Assembly (NCBI RefSeq): GCF_001194135.2
Contig: NC_068983.1
Coordinates: 88,432,913-88,467,297, forward strand
Length of the DNA: 34,385 bases
Reading direction: 5' to 3'
DNA from: Octopus bimaculoides
Taxonomy: Eukaryota
The position numbers were made by a program, and so were the translations under genes. The notes beneath the pieces were generated by a model. It was not told the DNA's origin and did not search any database. It saw only the letters and a list, made by a program, of their open reading frames with translations. Shown here one piece after another: positions 12,660-25,040 of this stretch. Numbering within the stretch: position 1 is the first letter of the stretch; every line of letters begins with the position of its first letter.

Positions 12660-13370
12660 ACTGATAACACCTGTGGAGAGCATTCTCTATACTACTATAA
12701 TGATACACAGACATACTAAATCCGCAACATCTGCAGAGACTCCAGGACATTAAGCAGGTGTGACAGGCACCTTTTCCACTGAAGGTATCATTGACAGAGC
12801 CTCAGCCTAGCTTTACGTGAAGAACAAGGCAGGAAAGCTGGCATGGAGAATGTTGTTAGCTCTCTACCAGTCAGACAATACAGCTGGTAGAACTTCCACA
12901 TTAGATTTCTATAGAGAACTTATCGTAAGGATTGATGATGATATTCTAGAGGAAACTCTGGATATCAATGACATCCAAATGGCTGGTCTGTTCTAAAGGA
13001 ATTCCAGCTGAAAGATTTTGGATAATTACCAGAAATGTTAAGCCTATCAGTATTATCTGTTAATTAGGCAGAGATGCATGCAAAACAAACCATTCTATGT
13101 GCTTTTGTTCAGTGCCTGAGCCTTACTGACTTAGGGAGTTTTAATGAATAGCTATTATCATGTGCAGAACAGATCTAGCTAGTGGTTAGGTCTAGCATGT
13201 ATGTTGCTCCATAGCAGTTTTCCTCTGTTTGGTAGCAATGATGAAAGTGAGTGAAAGGATATTTCCGCCTTCAGTCAAACCCTCATTGACTTCTTCAAGT
13301 TCTACTTGGAGAAGAAAGTAGGGGTGATGAGGGAGATACAGCTCTCCAGGAAATTAAAACCTCCCAAATT
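12660..13370 (+). mobile_element. Probable 3' part of the Tx1/L1-like LINE
   Basis: Degenerate peptide QTLIDFFKFYLEKKVGVMRE near 13270-13335 resembles the C-terminus of Tx1-like ORF2. Same orientation as 10330-11340. Confidence 0.35.
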
Positions 13371-15220
13371 TTAAAAACCATGTGCTATTCTATCATGCCA
13401 TTTCTCTTATTTCTTCCTTTCTGTCTCTCTTCTTCTCTCTGTCTTTTTCCTTCTTCCCCTCTTTTCTTCATTTGTAAGTTTTTTTTCTTCAGGTAAGTTT
13501 CTTTTTTTTTTTTTTTTTTTGCATAAATCCACACTTTATCAATAACTAGGTAACTAAATATTATTATTAATCCCTCTCATAATGCACTCACCTTGATAAC
13601 TAGCACCATGGTGTCAGCTTCTCTATGAGGTTGCCTTTATAGAATCCTTATTTCTATGGATCCCCTATTTCCACACTTCATCTTAACTCCATGCTTACAT
13701 AAACTTTCTTGCCCTTTAACATACACAAGGTTACTAAAACAAGGAACCACCATGTTAGTAATTTTTGTTGTAATTGTGACTGGGAGAAAAATGACAAATC
13801 AATAAAATATACAAACAGTTAGCTATGTGTGAGAACCCTCTGACTGTCGTGAAGCAGTCAATCGAACATTTTTTCCTTTCAGATGCAGTAGTCAGACACC
13901 AACCCACCATAACTGGAAACCCTCTTCATCTTATCAGTTCCAAAACTTTAGGGTTGCCACCATCAGCATCAGCAATATGAAATGTAGTCAGGAGAGACTG
14001 TGAAGATGCTAGAATGGATGTGACTAGATTTATGCAGTGGACAGAAAGTAACCTGGAGAGGGGCCCCAGCCACACTTCTCATGGACAAGGAACAAAAGTA
14101 CAGATTCATCTGGATGGAGTAGGTATATTGTTTATAAAAAAAAAATGAATAAAGTAATTGAGATAGAGTATGTGATAGTTAACTGGGGTACTTACTTAGT
14201 ACCAAGTAAACTCAACTACTGACAGATAAAATTGTTTTATTTAGTGACTCCGGTGACAGGACACAAATTGCCAATCTTTCAGCTATTTCTCCAATGAACT
14301 ATGAAATTAAAGAGTTTAACTCCTCATCTCATGGCAGCTGAACTTATCAAACTCTTTGAAAACTCTATGGTTTTATTACTGCTGACACAAGCCATCACAA
14401 GTTTCTTCAAATTTTATCTTCTATCATATTGTCAATGATCCAAATGAAATCATTACAAGTAAAGGAACTGTGTTGTCTAATGATACGGAAATGTGTGAAA
14501 CAGGAAATCAATAAAAGAAGATATCCTGTCCATTATATGACAGAGACAAGCTGGTTGTTGATTGGTGCTTAAGTCTTTAAGATGACCAAGTTCTTGATCA
14601 GCTTCTAAGCCCTCATTATAAATAGATGGAATTAATGAAGGATGCTGGGATGCTGGCAACTCTCTTCTCTAATTAAGCACTATTTAGCATGCAATTAAGT
14701 GGTGATGTCCACATGGGGTTATGGACTTAGTGTGTATGTATATGAGAAATTGAGTTATTGAGGTGTTTTTACACAATGCTGGATGGACACACATGAACAC
14801 ACATTCACATACCTACATGCACGCAAACATAGACAAATGAATACTTGTATATAGGCTTTCATACATACATACATACATGTACAAATGCATCTATACAATA
14901 TGCATACACACACACACACACATTGGAACATGTCCAAACACAGGTCTGGCAATTTGTACTAAATCTTCTTATTGTCACTGTTCCAGTAGGTGGGGGAGCT
15001 GGTAGTGGTGTAGTGGAGTGTTGTGATGGCGGTAGTGCTATGATGTAGTCATGGTGTAGGTGATGGTGGTAAAGATAGCAGTGTGATGTGATGATCATTA
15101 TTGCTATTTAACCCCAAGTCAACTTTGATGAAGCAGACCTATGATCAAAGTCATTCCAGCTGTGATCAACCTGCCTTTTTCTTATGTATAAGGAACCTAG
15201 ACCATATTATCCAACATGGA

Positions 15221-15736
15221 GGCAGTGATGTCAAGCCAAGTGAAATTGTAGTCGTGGCCAATGCCAGCATCACGCAACTGATCTGTTAAAAGCACCCTTC
15301 AATCGTTGGGCAATATGCTGTGCTTGTGAATACCTGTCAAACAGAGTGAAATTGTAGTCATGACTGATGCCAGTGCTCTCTGACTGGCACCCATGTCAGT
15401 GGCATGTAAAAAGCATTGTTCGAGCGTTGGGCCTCATGGAGGTAGTGACAAATGACCATGACCCTCTTGGCGATATACCATGCTTGTGTTGACCAATCAA
15501 GCCAAGTGAGACTGTAGTCATGGCTAGTATCAGATCAATGGCTACCATGCTGGTGACATGTAAAAAACACTCACTACACTCTTGAAGGGGTTAGCATTAG
15601 GAAGGGCATCCAACTGTAGAAACCTTGCCAAATCAGATTAGAACCTGGTGCAGCCCCTCAGCTTACCAGTTCTCAGTCAAATTGTCCAACCCATATCAGC
15701 ATGGAAAGCAGATGTTAAACGATGATGATGATGATG
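15221..15736 (+). mobile_element. RTE-clade LINE 3' UTR
   Basis: Internal repeated units (caagccaagtgaaattgtagtc...) and the (GAT)n tail shared with 4200-4610 and 33240-33789. Confidence 0.8.
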
Positions 15737-17799
15737 CCTTTTTTTTTTAGATAATTGGGTGTGATATAAGATAGATTTGGCTGCTCTTTCTTGCTGGTTT
15801 AGCAACCACATAAAAACTCTCATTGGTCATGATGGGGATGGTGTAGTTTTGTGATATTGATGGTTACTGGTGGTAGTGGGAGAGATGGTAATTTGGTGTA
15901 TTGGTAATGTAGCAGGGTGGTGGTGATGGTGGTGGTGGTGGTGGTGCTGCTGCTGCTGGTGATGCTGGTGGTGTAGCACAGTTGCCATCGTTATCATCAT
16001 CATTGCCTGGCAGATTTGCTTAATCTTATAACCACTATCATAGACATTGGTATGAAAGTATTAGTTGTAGCAGTATGGTGTTAAATGTAGTGTTTGTTAG
16101 TACTGGTAGATGGGGGAATGTGATGTTGGGTGTGGTTGTTGTCTAAACTCAAGTCAGCCATAATTAAACAAACTATGTAATTCCCGTGGTTTTTTTAAGA
16201 GTATGTAGGACTATATTTAATGTATCTTACCATTTTTGTAAAATGCTAGGGTATGATTTGAGGGAGATTTGGTTACTTTATTTCCTAGCAAGTAGAGGCT
16301 TCCTCACTGGGTGTGGTGATTTGCAATAAAATGGTGTTGCTGGTGCAGAATAGTATAATTTGTGGCAGTGTTTGGTGGTGGTGTTGGTGGTGGTCATGTG
16401 TGTTTGTTGTTATGCACTTCCAATCATTACTGGTCAATCAGATCCATGACATGTAATTAGTTTGGATAAATAGCAGAGTATGATCCACAGATTAAATGTT
16501 CCAAATTTATTGTCTAATTGAGAATCCACACAATAAACACTGCTTTTCTTCCACTGTCCAGTATGTTTTTGTATGTTTATTGGTATTGTAATTGTTTAGC
16601 TCCAGGTCAGCCCTGATTAAACAGATTTGTGATCAAAGTTACTCCAACTGTGACTAATCTATCTTGTATAAGAACTACATTATTTGATGTACTGCTTCTT
16701 AATAAAGTAGGGTGTAATTTGAAGGTTGCTATCTCTTACAGTTCATCCATGTAGAGGATCCCTCATTGCTGGTGGTCTTGGGGGTGATTGTGCTTAGTGT
16801 TTGGGGCTAGATTTGATGGAACATGCTTATAATGAAAGATATTCCACCTGTGACTCTACTGACTGTTTTAGTCATTGTGTATCTGGGACTACATTATCCA
16901 GTGTCTTACTTTTCAAGTGTTAGAGGAGTGATTTGAAGGATATTTGGCTGTTACTTCTAGCAGGTTGAGTGATCTCAAATAGGCTCCCACATTGGTCTTT
17001 TTTATGCATACAATTCATCTGCCTTTATTACTGATGCTATGCACTGCAACACAATGGTTGGAAACTAATCAGGTTAGTAATGTTGCTATTTTGCATTTCA
17101 ACTGTCCTCAGAATTATAAAATAAACATCAGTCAGATATTTCAAGGTTGATTAAACTAACTTCTCTCCTTCCTCAAAACTTGTGGCCTTCCCCAATATTA
17201 GAAATCAGTATTATTGATGTCAACCTTCAAGATAGAAGAGAGTAAAAATGTCCAATAATAGAGGAACAGATGGAATGTCCTACAGTAAAAGGATAGATAA
17301 AAATATGCTATGAAATTGTCATTGTTAGAAGTTATTGCTATTTTTGATATCACCACCACCATTGTTATTACTATTACTATTGTTGTTGTTGTTGTTATTG
17401 GTTGTCAGTTTGAACAGACATTTTTTTTTTATCTTTCTTTCTGTTAGCTCCTAGGTTACAATTGCTTCCAAGTTTTCTATTTCAGAATTTGAATGTTTCT
17501 TGTTTATGCCACGTAAAAAGATTTTATAAAGCAAGTTTTTATATGATAGACGTTTGCCCAAAATACTTCCAATTTTTTTAACATTTTGGTTCTGCTTCAT
17601 TTACAATGATGTTGAGCAAGAGAGGTAAATGAAAAACTTAATTCTGTCTCTGTGAAGCAGAATAACAAACTTGTTTTGCAAAAATTCTCTCATGTTTTAA
17701 ATATGGGAAGTTTTACTTTTTCAGAAAACCAAAATATGGTTTTCAAATCTTCTGAGAACTTTTTTAGACATAACATGAACAACAACAACAATCCTTATA

Positions 17800-19050
17800 C
17801 ACACATACCGAAATAAATGTCATTGTCCATACATGGGATTTGTATTGCTAGGGCTGCCTCCATCATTGAAATGAACAATGGTTTGTCCAAAACAGACCAG
17901 TTGCAATGTTGTATTGAAAATAATTGTATCTCCCTGCCTGAAAATCAGGCAAGAAGAAAACTGATCTACCATTGCCTCACAAAAGGAGAGGGTGCTTTTT
18001 TAATACCTTCAAAAGAGCAATAAAAAGAAACACCAGTTGATGTCTGGGTTACTTTATAACATTTAGAGAAAGGAAAAGCCTATGATATTGTCTGTCTGAT
18101 ATTCAGGAATGAAAACAAAGCCTGAAGACCAGCTGAATTTGTGCACAAAACACATAAGCTCATGCCTCAGTTCATGGAGCAGCACAGTTCAAAGGTAACA
18201 GTCAGGGACATAGCAAATGATATTACTCCTTGGCTCATTGTTGTTTTTGTAAAGCAATATGGTGCAGGATTAGTAAGAAATGATATGTGGTTAGAAGGGA
18301 TCAGCATAGATTTGCAAGTCCTTACAACCCCACAAGGCCATTCCAATGGTATGGCCTGTTGAGGGTGCAGAATCTTAAAAAATACAACTGACAATATAGA
18401 CATAGCAGAAAGCTCAGTTGTTAGATTTGTAGCAGCAAATCTTCCTTGAAGGTTTTCTACCAAAAAGAACGGATTAACAGAAAGAAGGTTGAGCAGTGTT
18501 AGGAAGCTGCTGTTCCAGTAGCACCCCAATTTGTACCAACATTTACAGCTACAAGGATAGTTGAAAAATCTACTTTATTCTCCCATCTCAGAAGTTTAGA
18601 GAAGACAGAAGAAGCCACATTGTACTCAATCTCAGAATAGACAATGGTAAAGTCCTACTTCCGAACTGCATCACTCCATTCATTTGCCAAGATGGGAATC
18701 AAATGTAAGCCCAAAGTGGAATGGAAGATAGCAGGACAGAAACAGAAAAGGAAAAAGGAACAAAAACAAAAAAGACAATAGCTTTCTCAGAAAGCTTCTA
18801 GGAAACTGGAAGGTAAATCTGAACTCTGGAAGTGATACAGTTTCACAATTATGAGAAATAACAAGGGATAATTTGAGTTGTTTTATGAGCTGGGGACAAT
18901 TCAGCCAAACTCTATGGTGATAGAGCAGAAATGCAGTAAGAACTGAAATATGGAGAAGCTCAAATATTGGTGAAGACTGCAAGAAAGATTTATGAACAAT
19001 TTCATAGATGAACCAAGAGATGCTGAAAGGTATTTTCAGAGATCCCTGGA
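17800..19050 (+). mobile_element. Possible decayed LINE ORF1-like sequence
   Basis: Purine-rich and broken into short ORFs (for example FMEQHSSKVTVRDIANDITPWLIVVFVK). No splice-compatible exon found. Family uncertain. Confidence 0.25.
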
Positions 19051-19372
19051 AATGCCTGGTTGAGTGAATGAAAATATAGGGTGTTCTGACTCAACCTAAC
19101 AAATGGGTTCCGACCCATGAATATATGGGTAACCCTAAATGTTTTTACATCATTGTTACAATTATATCTTGATTTAATTATTGCATGTTTTATATTTATT
19201 CTGTTTTATTAAATTTTTAATCTGTCTATTGTTTAACATCTTTATCCTTCCCAATATTTTTATATATCCAGCTCTACACATATTGTAAATCTTATATTGT
19301 TTAATGTTCATCATATTTTATGTATTTCTTTTAGCCCTTGCAACTAATAAAAAAGGGTTGTTGCTGTTGTTA

Positions 19373-19531
19373 AGGCACTGAGCTGGCAGAGTTTTTAGCA
19401 TTCTGGGCAAAATGCTTAGTGACATTTTGTCCATCTTTATGCTCTGAGTTCAAATTCTATTAAGGTGGACTTTGCTTTGATCACCAGGGTCAATGTAATC
19501 AATTTACCTCCTCCTCTGAAATTACTGGCCT
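19373..19531 (+). mobile_element. tRNA-derived SINE, second family
   Basis: aggcactgagctggcagag...ctctgagttcaaattc...gactttgcttt...; homologous to 32114-32318. Confidence 0.7.
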
Positions 19532-20639
19532 TATTATTATTATTATTATTATTATTGAAGTTTTCCTTTTAAGTTCCAAATATACTGATGTCAACTTTCC
19601 CTTCCATAATTCAAGCACTAAAATAAGAACCAGTCATGTATTGGATAAATTCCATCGATTATGTCCTTCCTCTGGAAAATGTTGGCCTTTTCCCATTATA
19701 AGAAGTTATTATTAGTTGATTTTTATCAATGTTTTCTTTCTGGTTTCAAATTCCACCAGAATCAACTTTAACTCTTATCCATTCAGGTGGATAAACCAGG
19801 TTCCAAATAACTACACACTCTGCCTCCTCCTAACATATCACTTCCCCCTCTTCCCCTTTAGACTAACCAACTACACCTCTTCCTCCTCTTTTAAACCAAT
19901 TGACAATACCACTTCTACATCAACCAGCTATACCTATTCCTTCATCTCCTCCTCTAAACTTATCAACTACACATCTTTCCCCTCTAGACTTAATCAAATA
20001 TATCTCCTTCAACCCAATTAACTACCATATTTCTCGGTGTCGAAGATGCTACTTTTTTCCAAAAATAAGTCTTGAAAATCTACCATGCGTCCTGGAGGCC
20101 GAAGGTTGCATTTTCTATAGGCATATCCTAACCCCAAAGGAAAATTATCTATGCTAGACAGTAATCTGAAGCCCTGTATATGACCGCTCAGTGAAGTGTA
20201 TAAATTATACTTTTTTAAAGTAGTAAATAAACAAAAGTATCATAAAAATTTTTTTAAATATATGCAATCACAAAAATTCATTCCCGTATGAGCAGTGTAA
20301 GACAAGGTAACGGACGAGTAATATTTTACATGTGTATCTATATTGCTGGTATTATCACTCTCTTCAAACAACCTGACTTTAAGGGAACATTATTAAGTGA
20401 CGAAAGAAGTAAAACTACACTATATTAAAAGGATTTACAAGCGAATATTAATAACAAAACTATCATAATCACTTATTCACTCTCTGTGATGAAATGTGTT
20501 GTGTTCAGACTGCATCATAAGCTTCCTCCTTGATCTCTGAAGCCATGGTCTTAACCAGTTCAAACCTGGACCTACTAATGTTAGGAGTGATCCGCAACTT
20601 CAGAAGATTTTACTTAAAATTTTTAGCATAACTATTATT

Positions 20640-21122
20640 ATGGCAACCTCAAGCAAAATATATTCTTACACAGTCAGCTAAAAGTTACAAGTGATTGAAT
20701 ATGCCAAACAGTATGACAACAGGAGTGCAGAGAGGCATTTTGGAGCACCACCAACTGAGAAAATGATCTACTACTGGAAGAAACAAGAGGACCTGTTGAA
20801 GCCTGCATCAAGACTTAAACGTAACCTTCATCAGACTGCAACTAAGTGGCCAGAACTGGAGCAAAAGATGAAGGAGTGGATAGTTGCAGAGAGAAATTTG
20901 AGTCTTGCAGTATCAATAAAAATGATTAGCAACATGAGTTCTGAATGATTTTCGTGGCACATCAAGCTGGCATTACAGATTTATGAAGAGGCACGCATGG
21001 ACTGGCAATGAGAATGAAAATAAGAATAGCACAAAACATGCCTGGAGATTATCATAACGAAATAATCGAATTTCACAGGTTCATAATCAGTGCAAGAAAA
21101 GAAACTGATTACAAACTGGGCT
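20640..21122 (+). pseudogene. Transposase N-terminus (BrkDBD-like plus CENP-B-type HTH); DDE domain missing
   Basis: MATSSKIYSYTVS*KLQVIEYAKQYDNRSAERHFGAPPTEKMIYYWKKQE...KWPELEQKMKEWI, then frameshifted DFRGTSSWHYRFMKRH...RIAQNMPGDYHNEIIEFHRFIISARKETDYKLG. Typical POGK-like N-terminal motifs. Confidence 0.8.
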
Positions 21123-21156
21123 GAACAGTGAATAGACGAACTGGAGTATTGTAGTG

Positions 21157-21407
21157 CAGGAGTGGATCCAGAAATTTCTGGTAGGGGGTGGATCTGAGAT
21201 CTGATTCATTGCAATTGATCAATGAAATTACAGTGTAAAATGTTCAGATACTGAAAAAATTAATTTTTATACTGAAATCTTCAAGAATTGCTTGTTTTGA
21301 TACAAAAATATGCTTTTCATCATGCATATTTAAACAAAACAAATTTGAAAAGTTTCTTGGTTGGTGTGGGGATGCATCCCCCTCCCCCACCTCTGAATCC
21401 ATTCCTG
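21157..21407. mobile_element. hAT-like MITE nested in the pogo element
   Basis: TIRs caggagtggatccaga and tctgaatccattcctg match at 14/16. Flanks ttgtagtg and tcgaagtg match at 6/8, consistent with a decayed 8-bp TSD. Confidence 0.65.
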
Positions 21408-23587
21408 TCGAAGTGTAGTTTCAGCATTACAGTGGGTACATATAAACTTTGAAGGTAAACTTACCATACCGTGTCACTGTACTGACGGTCCCACAAAACA
21501 AATTGGCGAGGTAGGTGAGTGCTGCCTTTTGTTAGTTTTACAGATGCAAGTGTGGGGGATCACAATGGGAGACAGTCATGATTAGCCAGCATAAGGAATA
21601 GTGCAAATAAGTGTTAGATGAACAACCAAAATAAATGCTAGGAACATTTTAAGTGATGTGCTAGAGGTTACAGTGATGTCTTTTTTTTTTCTTACATCTG
21701 TAAAGGTAACAAGACCTGAAGTGCTGGGACCTTATTTTTATATCTATTGTTTGTTTTTTTTTAATTTTTGGTTATCAAAATTAGGATGCATCCTCAAGGA
21801 CAAAGCATCTTCAATGCCAGGAAATACGGTATATACATTTTGCCATCTCTGACATTTTGTTGAGCATTAGTGTTGTAAACAAGAGACTGTAAGTTCAATC
21901 TTTGCAAGTACTTATGAATATCTCTACCTCTACGAAATTAATCAATCAAACTCCAACAATAGGCTAGTTAACTATACTATCTTTACTAAATCATTTAACT
22001 ACACCATCTTCCCAAGACCATTCAACTACAAGCCTTCCTCTACTCCAGGCATGAGCAACCTTTATTCTTCTGTCAGCAAGCCTTGTGAGATTTTACTCAA
22101 CATAAATCATACCACACCTTTAAAAGAATAACTTAACAAACATCACAAGTAGGAAAGAATATTATGTATCCCATTTCTATAACAGGTGTACCTAAGTGTT
22201 GTAAAAGGCGGCTAAAAGTGTTGGTGACAGGAAAAACAATAGTGCTTTGGAAAACCAGCCAACCCATACCAGCATGGAAAAGTGGGCATAAAACACCAAT
22301 TACCATGCTGCCACCAGCAATAATGCCACCACTACTGTTGCTGCTGCTGCTGATGACCATAACAACGATGATGATGGTGATGATAATGTATCTAATACGG
22401 AGTGCTCCCAAAAACTGTGCTAAACAAATCATAAGACACTGACAGAGAATGTATGGGTTAATGAGAAAGAGAAAAAGAAATTAAATTACTTAAATGAACA
22501 GAATTGACTTAAATATTATGTTAGATAATATTATTTTACTGATATAATCACAATATTACAAGGACCATACAAAAATCATGAAAGTCCACATGCTGCCCAA
22601 GAATTAACTGCAGGTTTCTAGTGCCTGCTCTCAACAAATTGACAACCCCATCTTCACTTTCAGTTGAGTAAAACAATCAACTGTACTCCCATTCAAAACC
22701 AATCAACTAAACTTCTTCCATAAATTATTTAGCCACACTCCTTTCCCAAACTCATCATTTATATTCCTTATCTAGAAATTTGTACCATGTGCAAATATGA
22801 AAATATTTTTTGCTTTTTCCTAAGGTAGAAGACAATTTCTAGGAGTAAGAGATCAAATTAGGTGTGGGTAGCTTTATCAAAAGCTAAATAGCCAGTGGAA
22901 TGGTCAGTATTTTGCATCCTTTTACTGTATTCTGTCCATGGCTAAACACCGAGCTTTCATCATCATAATCCATTTAGCAGTAGGAAAGTTGTAAAATCAA
23001 CATACTAACATTGACTGTACCATCACCACCAACAACACTTCAGAACATTACTTATACCTCCTTGTGCTGAGGGAGCTTCTGCATAGTTGCTTGACCATCT
23101 AAAAATAGCAGCAAAATTCTCTTCTGAAAATAGGATGGGAAGGTCATGGCTGGAATGCTTTACTCATAGATTTGTTTGCTCAGAGCTGACCTGAAAAAAA
23201 GCACTTTGCTTCTCTTTCCACTTTATAATCACTATAACATCTTCACCACTACCACCACCTAACCATTCCTGTTACTGCCAACACTTCACCACTACTAACA
23301 CCTGAGCTACAACACTGGTTCTACATCACATTACCACAATATTTTTATTACACTGTCACAATTACTGTACCACCACCACTACCATGCCAATACTACCATC
23401 ACCATCTTACCAATGAAGCTTATAACAACCAGTAAAGGATAGAAAAGTCATGTCCTTTATATTATTATTATCTCATAACATAATTGAATAATTAATTAAT
23501 GTCTTATAATAACAGTTAATTAGTACAGTGAGCAATAAAAATCTAATTTAATAATACAATCATGACATATTTAACAAACAGCACAAT

Positions 23588-23666
23588 TTAATGTCCACTT
23601 TTAATGAATTCACAACACAGTTTACTACCATCAGTGTAATTCTTGCAACTGATGCCATTGGTGCCA
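23588..23666 (-). CDS. Candidate alternative terminal exon
   Basis: Strong acceptor gatttttgcttctctgcag|T. The phase-2 start joins exon 24404-24603 to give (S)GTNGISCKNYTDGSKLCCEFIKSGH*. No transcript evidence. Confidence 0.35.
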
Positions 23667-23691
23667 CTGCAGAGAAGCAAAAATCCAAACT

Positions 23692-23694
<3 letters not shown>

Positions 23695-23731
<37 letters not shown>

Positions 23732-23766
23732 GTGTCTTTCTTCTCTCTCTCTCTCTCTCTCTCTCT
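23695..23766. repeat. (TA)n plus (CT)n microsatellite
   Basis: Simple repeats. Confidence 0.95.
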
Positions 23767-24403
23767 ATGCAACTATCAATCTTTTTATTTTTGGTTGTAT
23801 CTTCCCTCCATCTCTTCCAGTTAAAAGAGTCTCAGGTAATCAAAACTGGTAATCAATATATCACCCTCACACAAAACCCATCCCATGCACCCTCACTCCT
23901 ATACTACATCTTCCAACTGATACTACACAAAACCTTTGCCTAATTATTTCTCTCACAAACTGAAACTCTCACTGTTTTATTTATGATTGCCCCATCTTAC
24001 AAACACCAGCTCATTTTGTATGTTTTTTGAAAAATAATTAGAGGAGTGAGAGGGAGAGTGCTCACATAAACTTTGTTAGCCTTTGCAGACTTGTGAGATT
24101 GATCCAAATGATATTCCAGTCAAAGTGCATGGAAGAAAATGTATGGGCAGATGGAAATTCTAGTGGAGTTATAATCTGGAAAAGAAGGGCTAAACAAAGT
24201 GTCTTGAGCTGAATCTGGAAGATGAGACACTGTAAAGGTGATAGGAAGAAGAAAGCAGTGGAGAAGTCTAATATAGAAATAACTAGTTCAGAAAAAGTGA
24301 GATTATTATAGTTGCAAGAGAATATATGTTTACAAGATTTGAATTACAAGATAATTTACAAAGCATTATTATAAAAAAAGTGTAAGTAAATAATTGCTAT
24401 TAC

Positions 24404-24603
24404 CTGTTTATAATTGCTACATCACGAGAATCACAAGGGTTTGAACTTTCAACTGATGAGTTTAGTGAGGATGTTGGAGATAGCCGTAAATAACAACTGA
24501 CATTAGCTGGTGGTACATTCTCTTGATATGTGATGATGTCTAAAACATTTGGGATGTTTTTGGAGTTTGACTGCAAAGGTCGATTACTGTCTTCCATCCA
24601 AGC
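24404..24603 (-). CDS. Coding exon (200 nt, phase 0-2) of an unidentified gene
   Basis: Acceptor gtatttccacag|GCT and donor ACAG|gtaata. Encodes AWMEDSNRPLQSNSKNIPNVLDIITYQENVPPANVSCYLRLSPTSSLNSSVESSNPCDSRDVAIIN. The terminal AG plus G of exon 9994 gives Arg and keeps the frame. Confidence 0.7.
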
Positions 24604-24960
24604 CTGTGGAAATACCATTATGATGTGTGTTGTTCTAAAAAAATCTGAATAATTCTGTTTTTTAGTATATATACATTCTCAGATATACATATGTTCTATA
24701 TATAAAATTTATTAATGAGGATAGAAATTGATATTAATCAATTAAAACCAGTGGTCTAGCATATTAAAAAAATCCGAAGATCAAAATTATATTACATACA
24801 AAAATAAGAGGAATGACCAGCAAAAGTGGACTCCTATATGCTAGAAATAGATGCCGAATCATCTAACCACGAAAAAAAAAAAATGTTCTCAGTAAAAATT
24901 CAGCAACAAAACAGACTGTAAAAGGACAAGACAAATGAAAAAATACTAAATAAAAAAAAA

Positions 24961-25040
24961 CGATTAACCTACGTACCATGGTTTCACCTGTTAAAAATTA
25001 CATAAGTAAATATCTGCAGGATCGTCAGCGTAGTCTGTCG
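24961..25040 (-). ncRNA. Type I hammerhead ribozyme motif, family A (sense to the host gene)
   Basis: cga-caga-ctacg-CUGACGA-u-ccug...cagg-u-GAAA-c-CAUG-g-U-A-cguag-guuaa-ucg. Full core, stem I with internal loop, palindromic stem III, GUA triplet. Predicted cut between 24974 and 24973. Confidence 0.75.

Larger units (their letters stand above)
20025..21829 (+). mobile_element. Internally deleted pogo-superfamily DNA transposon (POGK-like)
   Basis: 26-bp TIRs ccatatttctcggtgtcgaagatgct and agcatcttcaatgccaggaaatacgg match at 20/26, and all mismatches are transitions. TA lies on both flanks (20023-24, 21830-31). Confidence 0.85.

Noticed and set aside
13592-13713. Minus-strand exon-like segment with a strong AAG|gtgagt donor
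   Set aside because: All three frames contain a stop and the end phase does not fit exon 9994. It could only be a non-coding or poison exon, and nothing supports that.
14428-14676. Protein-looking plus-strand frame (…DDQVLDQLLSPHYK…)
   Set aside because: Three internal stops in about 82 codons is close to chance for AT-rich DNA, and I recognise no homologue.
24066-24175. Minus-strand candidate exon open in phase 0-2
   Set aside because: The preceding exon ends in phase 2, and that frame has an immediate stop.
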